From Octopus sinensis (taxonomy: Eukaryota), in contig NW_021830263.1 in assembly GCF_006345805.1 (NCBI RefSeq), forward strand, positions 1 to 5,006: 5,006 nucleotides of DNA, read 5' to 3'. Shown here one piece after another: positions 1 through 5,006 of this stretch. Position 1 is the first letter of the stretch. The number at the start of each line of letters is the position of its first letter. The position numbers and the translations under genes are program-made. The notes under the pieces were generated by a model. The model had not been told where the DNA came from. It made no database searches and worked only from the letters and a program-made list of their open reading frames with translations.

Positions 1-81
1 GGCTCTAACGGGAAGAGAGAAGTGAAGGAGAATGCGAATGCTTCTGTTGAATATGTGGGATATAATTTGAAGACGAGAATT

Positions 82-170
82 GACATACACATACATACAT
101 ACATTACATACGTACGTACGTGTGTAAGTGTGTGTGCGTGTGCGTGTTTGTGTGTGTGTGTGTGTGTGTA

Positions 171-203
<33 letters not shown>

Positions 204-205
204 GC
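82..205. repeat. Compound microsatellite: (CATA)n followed by (TG)n with (CG)n interruptions
   Basis: Read directly: catacacatacatacatacat... to about 118, then tgtgtg... with tgcgcgcgcg at about 187-196. Confidence 0.95.
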
Positions 206-206
206 A

Positions 207-525
207 TACTCTTTTACTCTTATATTTGCTTCAGTCGTTTGACTTTGGCCATGCTGGAGCACCGCCTTTCGTCGAGCAAATCGTCCCCAGGACTTATTTT
301 TTGTAAGTCCAGTACTTATTCTATCGGATCTCTTTTTGCTGAACCGCTAAGTTACGGGGACGTAAACACACCAGCATCGGTTGTCAAGTGATGTTAGGGT
401 GACAAACACAGATACACACAAACACACACACACGCACATATATATATACATATATATGACAGGCTTCTTTCAGTTTCCGTCTACCAAATCCACTCACAAG
501 GCTTTGGTCGACCCGAGGCGCTTAT
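207..525 (-). mobile_element. SINE family A, copy 1 (tRNA head deleted; tail at 207-220)
   Basis: Aligns along its length with 549-848 (about 90% by manual alignment) and with the reverse complement of 1992-2196. Internal (CA/TA)n at about 405-457. Ends in gacccgag-gcgcttat, where copy 3 continues into a tRNA head. Confidence 0.9.
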
Positions 526-537
526 TAAAGTATGTAT

Positions 538-848
538 TACTTTAACTTTACTCTTATATTTGTTTCAGTCATTTGACTGCGGCCATGCTGGAGCACCACC
601 TTTGGTCGAATCAAATCGACCCCAGGACTTATTCAATGTAAGCCTAGTACTTATTCTATCGGATCTCTCTTTGCTGAACCGCTAAGTTACTGGGACGTAA
701 ACACACCAGCATCGGTTGTCAAGCGATGTTGGGGTGACAAACACAGATACACACACACATATATACATATACATATATACGACGGGATTCTTTCAGTTTC
801 CGTCTAACAAATCCACTCACAAGGCTTTGGTCGACCCGAGGCGCCTAT
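538..848 (-). mobile_element. SINE family A, copy 2 (same head deletion as copy 1)
   Basis: Near-identical to copy 1, with the same junction (gacccgag-gcgcctat) and the same downstream linker (taaagta.gt.ttactttaactt). Confidence 0.9.
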
Positions 849-857
849 TAAAGTAAG

Positions 858-1147
858 TTTTACTTTAACTTGTTGCAGACATTTGACTGTGGACATGCTT
901 TGAAGTACTGTTTTCTAAAACCTGGCCCTTATTTTATCATTCTCTTTTGCCGAACCGCAAAACGGGTGGAGTGGGGAACAAACACAGACTCGAAAATACA
1001 CAGAGATAGGTATGCATATATATATATACGACAGGATTCTTTCGTCGGCACAAGGCTATAGTAGAGGACACCTAATCGAGGTGCCATGAAGTGGGACTGA
1101 ACCCAACCTGGGAAGCAAACTTCTTACCACACGGCCACGCCTGTGCC

Positions 1148-1150
<3 letters not shown>
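858..1150 (-). mobile_element. SINE family A, copy 3 (older, internal deletions, retains tRNA-derived head)
   Basis: Degenerate match to copies 1 and 2 (catttgactgtggacatgct, cttttgccgaaccgc, acaaacacagac, tatacgacaggattctttc). The minus-strand 5' end reads ataggcacaggcgTGGCCGTGTGGtaag...GGTTCAGTCCC, i.e. Pol III A and B boxes. Confidence 0.88.
1093..1137 (-). promoter_or_regulatory. Internal Pol III promoter of SINE A copy 3 (A box 1127-1137, B box 1093-1103)
   Basis: Minus strand TGGCCGTGTGG and GGTTCAGTCCC resemble the tRNA A-box and B-box consensus in the correct order; the spacing is shorter than in an intact tRNA. Confidence 0.7.
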
Positions 1151-1179
<29 letters not shown>

Positions 1180-1193
1180 TGTATGTATGTATG

Positions 1194-1224
<31 letters not shown>

Positions 1225-1333
1225 GCATGCATGCATGTATGTATGTATGTATGTATGTATGTATGTATGGATGGATGGATGGATGTATGTATGTATGTAC
1301 GTATGTATGTATGTATGTATGTATGTATGTATG

Positions 1334-1364
<31 letters not shown>

Positions 1365-1401
1365 GCATGCATGCATGCATGTATGTATGTATGTATGTAT
1401 G
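1149..1401. repeat. (TATG)n microsatellite with AAGC(ATGC)n, (GATG)n and TACG interruptions
   Basis: Read directly; variant blocks at 1223-1237, 1269-1284 and 1363-1381. Confidence 0.97.
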
Positions 1402-1450
1402 TTTTATAAATGTATTCTGATGCATATAGTTGCATATCTAGACATGCTCA

Positions 1451-1637
1451 TCCACAACTGTGCACAGTTTCTCTTCTCTATCCCAAGTCATTATATCAGG
1501 TCTGCTGTGCTTACATTTTATTGAGGTCTTCAATGGTACATTTCACCAGTATTCCTTATTATGAGTGGCAATAACTTCTACCATATTGTGGGTTATTATT
1601 TCTTTGTCCTCAGGATTTCATTATAGAGTGTCCTAGC
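1451..1637 (-). mobile_element. Degenerate non-LTR retrotransposon fragment: restriction-like endonuclease (RLE, PD-(D/E)xK) region, probably R4/Dong-like
   Basis: Manual minus-strand translation: ARTLYNE (from 1637), a frameshift, then from 1617 NPEDKEIITHNMVEVIATHNKEYW*NVPLKTSIKCKHSRPDIMTWDREEKLCTVVD. The H.RPDI..WD....C..V(E/D) pattern is typical of RLE-clade LINEs. In-frame TGA at 1545-1543. Confidence 0.8.
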
Positions 1638-1643
1638 TTATGG

Positions 1644-1801
1644 ATGTATGTATGTATGTATGTATGTATGTATGTATGTATGTATGTATGTATGTATGTA
1701 TGTATGTATGTATGTATGTGTGTGTATGTATGTATGTATGCATGCATGTATGTATGTATGTATGTATGTATGTATGTATGTATGTATGTATGTATGTATG
1801 T
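1644..1801. repeat. (TATG)n microsatellite with short TG and CATG interruptions
   Basis: Read directly. Confidence 0.97.
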
Positions 1802-1810
1802 GTTACCTAA

Positions 1811-1953
1811 CCGATCAGCGTACTCGTGAAATTAATATGCAAGTGGCTGAGCACTACGCAGACACGTGTACCCTTAATGTAGTTCTGAAGGGGATTCAGC
1901 ATCACAGAGAATGTGACAAGGCTGACCCTTTGAAATACAAGTACTATTCATTT
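1811..1953 (-). mobile_element. Headless body/3' fragment of another SINE family (family C)
   Basis: Complex sequence (minus: aaatgaatagtacttgtatttcaaagggtcagccttgtcaca...cagccacttgcatattaatttcacgag) that I recall as the body of a common octopus SINE. There is no second copy in the window, so this rests on recall. Confidence 0.6.
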
Positions 1954-2196
1954 GTGTGTGTATGTATGTGTTTATATATGTATTTGTGTGTCTACGTTTG
2001 TCCCCCCGCCCGCCATCGCTTGACAACCGATGTTGGCGTGTTTACGTTCCCATAACTTCAGGATCGGCAAAAGATACTGATAGAATAAGTACTAGGCTTA
2101 CAAAAAATAACTCATGTAATCGATTTGTTCGACTAAAGGCGGTGCTCTAGTATGGCCGAAGTCAAATGACTGAAACAAGGAAGAGAATAAAAGAAT
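1954..2196 (+). mobile_element. SINE family A, 5'-truncated plus-strand copy (internal microsatellite to tail)
   Basis: Reverse-complement match to copies 1 and 2: catcgcttgacaaccgatgttggcgtgtttacg...tagaataagtactaggcttaca...aaaggcggtgctctagtatggcc...gtcaaatgactgaaaca, then the tail gagaataaaagaa. Confidence 0.9.
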
Positions 2197-2210
2197 ATAT
2201 ATATATATAT
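2195..2210. repeat. (AT)n spacer between two SINEs
   Basis: Read directly. Confidence 0.9.
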
Positions 2211-2521
2211 GGAGGCGCAATGGCCCAGTGGTTAGGGCAGCGGACTCGCGGTCGTAGGATCGCGGTTTCGATTGCCAGACCGGGCGTTGTGAGTGTTTAT
2301 TGAGCGAAAACCCCTAAAACTCCACGAGTCTCCGGCAGGGGGTAGTGGCGATCCCTGCTGTACTCTTTCGCCACAACTTTCTCTCACTCTTTCTTCTGTT
2401 GGCCTGCTCGCTTAGCCAGCGGGGTGGCGTCATTTGAAGGCTAAAACAATGCGAAGCGCATTGTGACCAGCGATGTGTAACAACATTTGATAACCTGGTC
2501 GGTCACGGTGATCACGGTGAT
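2211..2521 (+). mobile_element. Full-length tRNA-derived SINE, family B (possibly one of the octopus OR-type SINEs)
   Basis: A box TGGCCCAGTGG 2221-2231 and B-box-like GGTTTCGATTGCC 2264-2276. The first ~185 nt match 4515-4690. The tail has a stem (gaccag 2465-2470 / ctggtc 2495-2500) and ends in (tcacggtga)x2 at 2503-2520. The family name is from recall only. Confidence 0.9.
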
Positions 2522-2535
2522 GTATATATATATAT

Positions 2536-2757
2536 GGTGGACTTTCCCGTCAAAGGCGACGTATGAACGTGTATAGATTTGTGTTTGTGCCGTTCATTAA
2601 GCCCACCTTCTCCATCAGCAGACGTCAGGTGCCGCAATGATTGCAGAGCAATGTGGAGTAAAGTGTTTTGCTCAAGAACACAATGCACCACCCGGTCGAG
2701 GAACTGAAATCACGATCACTAGATCGTGAGAGCATCAAACTAACCACTGGACCATAT
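2536..2757 (-). mobile_element. tRNA-derived SINE, family D (head related to family B, different body), tail-to-tail with family B
   Basis: Minus strand: TGGTCCAGTGGttag (A box 2744-2754), ctcacgatctagtgatcgtg hairpin, gatttcagttcc (B-box-like 2700-2711), then ttgtgttcttgagcaaaacac. The extent of the body down to 2536 is less certain. Confidence 0.72.
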
Positions 2758-2889
2758 GTAGATTTATGTATATGTATATAGAAATGCACATACTCACACA
2801 CATACACTCACACACAAGCACATACACAAGCTCAGAGAAGTAGACGGGCATATGAGTGTTTGTATACGTATGAATGCTTGTGTGCTTAT

Positions 2890-2907
2890 GTATGTATGCA
2901 TACATAC
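2890..2907. repeat. 18-bp perfect palindrome gtatgtatg|catacatac at the TATG-to-CATA polarity switch
   Basis: Read directly; the two 9-mers are exact reverse complements. Confidence 0.9.
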
Positions 2908-2944
2908 GAACATATATACATACATACATACATACATACATACA

Positions 2945-4014
2945 TACAAGCAAACATACATATATACAAACATATATACATATATACAAAACATAGAAAC
3001 ATACATACATACAAACATATATATTCATACCTGCAAACATATATACATACATACAGATATACATACATGCAAACATACATACATACAAACATATATATTC
3101 ATACATGCAAACATATATACATACATACAGATATACATACATGCAAACATACATACATACAAACATATATATTCATACATGCAAACATATATACATACAT
3201 ACAGATATACATACATGCAAACATACATACATACAAACATATATATTCATACATGCAAACATATATACATACATACAGATATACTACATGCAAACATACA
3301 TACATACAAACATATATATTCATACATGCAAACATATATACATACATACAGATATACATACATACAAACATATATATATATATATATATATATATACAAA
3401 ACATAGAAACATACATACATACAAACATATATATTCATACATGCAAACATATATACATACATACAGATATACATACATGCAAACATACATACATACAAAC
3501 ATATATATTCATACATGCAAACATATATACATACATACAGATATACATACAAGCAAACATACATATATACAAACATATATACATATATACATATATACAA
3601 AACATAGAAACATACATACATACAAACATATATATTCATACATGCAAACATATATACATACATACAGATATACATACATGCAAACATACATACATACAAA
3701 CATATATATTCATACATGCAAACATATATACATACATACAGATATACATACATGCAAACATACATACATACAAACATATATATTCATACATGCAAACATA
3801 TATACATACATACATACAAACATATATATTCATACATGCAAACATATATACATACATACAGATATACATACAAGCAAACATACATATATACAAACATATA
3901 TACATATATACAAAACATAGAAACATACATACATACAAACATATATATTCATACATGCAAACATATATACATACATACAGATATACATACATGCAAACAT
4001 ACATACATACAAAC

Positions 4015-4040
<26 letters not shown>
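2945..4040. repeat. 74-bp minisatellite with higher-order organisation, derived from (CATA)n
   Basis: Unit catacatacatacaaa-catatatattcatacatgcaaa-catatatacatacatacagatata-catacatgcaaa starts at 3000, 3074, 3148, 3222, 3295 (partial), 3410, 3484, 3611, 3685, 3759 (partial), 3805, 3924 and 3998 (partial). The marker caaaacatagaaa recurs four times. Confidence 0.93.
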
Positions 4041-4047
<7 letters not shown>

Positions 4048-4155
4048 TACAAACTTACATGCATACATACATTCAAACATACATACATACAAATATATAT
4101 ACATACAAACATATATACATACAGACACACATACATACATACATACATACATACA

Positions 4156-4185
<30 letters not shown>
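4041..4185. repeat. Degenerate, then pure, (CATA)n microsatellite
   Basis: Read directly. Confidence 0.95.
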
Positions 4186-4186
<1 letters not shown>

Positions 4187-4435
4187 GTGTATACGCGCTG
4201 ACGAGCATTTTTTTTCACGATATACCGCTCCTGTACAAATCGTTCCGTCCCTGACCCCCACCCCTCGGTTGACTTACCAAGGTGACCTAATTAATATATC
4301 ACATCGCTCGACATCACCGAACCAACCGAACCAAACAATTAAACCTTTATTCTATTCCGCTGTTCTCTTATCTTTACTTACTCCAGTGTTCGCTGAATGG
4401 GAAACATTATGAAATTTTATTTCAGGCTCTCTGAA

Positions 4436-4510
4436 AACAACAGCAATGACAACAACAACAACAACAACGACGACGACGACGGAACCTGATGATGACGACA
4501 ACAACAACAA
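4436..4510. repeat. Compound trinucleotide repeat (AAC)n/(GAC)n/(GAT)n
   Basis: aacaacaac...gacgacgacgac...gatgatgacgacaacaacaac. Confidence 0.92.
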
Positions 4511-4514
4511 TAGT

Positions 4515-4694
4515 GGAGGCGCAATGGCCCAGTAGTTAGGGCAGCGGACTCGCGGTTTCGATTCCCAGACCGGGCATTGTGAGTGTTTATTGAGTAAAAA
4601 CACCTAAGCTCCACGAGGCTCCGGCAGGGGGTGGTGGTGAACCCAGCTGTACTCTTTCACCACCACTTTTTCTCGCTCTTTCTTCCTACTTCTG
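4515..4694 (+). mobile_element. SINE family B head and body, second copy (14-nt head deletion; 3' tail absent or different)
   Basis: ggaggcgcaatggcccagtagttagggcagcggactcgcgg... aligns with 2211 to about 2397; similarity stops at about 4690. Confidence 0.9.
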
Positions 4695-4699
4695 CCACA

Positions 4700-5006
4700 A
4701 AGCAGAGCAATCATGGTGTAACCCAATATGGTGTGGTAAACTTTCAGACCCTAGTCTAGACTGCGAATCCTCTGTACCCCAGGATGGTTCAGCTCTCCAC
4801 CCGTTAAAAGCCACCGTTGACGGAATGAGAATAGCAACGTAGCTTTCGCGTCAGTGCAAACCGTCAGTCTATCCCGTGTGGTGGGTGGATCTTCAATTTG
4901 CCACACGCATTCTTAGTAGCTTAGAGTAGGCTCGAATTAGAGATTATTCTTTGTGGCTAATGGCGTGAGTCCAGATTGGAAGAAGAAAAAGAAGAAGAAA
5001 GAAGAA
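4700..5006 (+). mobile_element. Candidate 3' end of a retroposon (LINE or SINE) with a (GAA)n tail
   Basis: Complex sequence ending abruptly in (gaa)n, with a 7-bp stem cgtgtgg 4875-4881 / ccacacg 4901-4907 upstream. No recognisable protein. Inference only. Confidence 0.35.
4979..5006. repeat. (GAA)n purine tract, running to the window edge
   Basis: gaagaagaaaaagaagaagaaagaagaa. Confidence 0.9.

Noticed and set aside
128-205. Z-DNA-prone (TG)n/(CG)n tract as a regulatory element
   Set aside because: Physically plausible, but such tracts are very common in repeat-rich genomes like this one and nothing here links it to a function.
22-391. ORFs with Cys-Val runs that look metal-binding
   Set aside because: The CV repeats come from (TG)n, and the C-terminal parts are antisense SINE sequence.
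1056-2055. MYVC and HTYI repeat ORFs
   Set aside because: Translations of (TATG)n arrays, with no coding signal.
2211-2287. Possible tRNA gene (also 4515-4575, 2685-2757 and 1062-1150)
   Set aside because: A and B boxes are present, but I cannot form a proper acceptor stem or cloverleaf, and each continues into a SINE body. These are tRNA-derived heads, not tRNA genes.
3000-4000. CRISPR-like regular array
   Set aside because: The units are contiguous tandem copies with no unique spacers, there are no cas genes, and the context is eukaryotic.
2860-4254. 464-aa ORF and many overlapping H/T/Y/I-rich or M/Y/V/C-rich ORFs
   Set aside because: (CATA)n and (TATG)n contain no stop codons in any frame, so long ORFs appear on both strands. 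The peptides simply mirror the repeat period.
4411-4534. Plus-strand splice acceptor (ttttatttcag|, AG at 4424-4425) followed by a poly-Thr/Asp/Asn frame
   Set aside because: The frame is just the trinucleotide repeat and stops at TAG in the SINE head, and no matching donor is evident.
4352-4614. Minus-strand ORFs with poly-Val, poly-Ser and poly-Leu
   Set aside because: Antisense reading of the SINE head and the (AAC/GAC)n repeat.

Overview
Eukaryotic, non-coding window made almost entirely of repeats. The SINE families resemble those I recall from octopus (coleoid cephalopod) genomes; this is recognition from memory, not a database search. I see no genuine host gene: every listed ORF is a by-product of stop-free (CATA/TATG/TG)n repeats or of SINE sequence. 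Contents from start to end: (i) three minus-strand copies of one tRNA-derived SINE (207-1150), two of them tRNA-head-deleted and duplicated in tandem; (ii) a decayed minus-strand non-LTR retrotransposon fragment (about 1451-1637) encoding part of a restriction-like endonuclease (HSRPDIMTWDREEKLCTVV, probably R4/Dong-like), absent from the ORF track and flanked by (TATG)n arrays; (iii) a dense cluster of four SINEs or SINE fragments (1811-2757) separated by microsatellites; (iv) a 74-bp minisatellite with higher-order structure grown out of (CATA)n (about 2945-4040); (v) a second copy of the 2211 SINE (4515 to about 4694) and a probable retroposon 3' end with a (GAA)n tail. I did not find a convincing new biological system; the interesting points concern transposon and repeat evolution.
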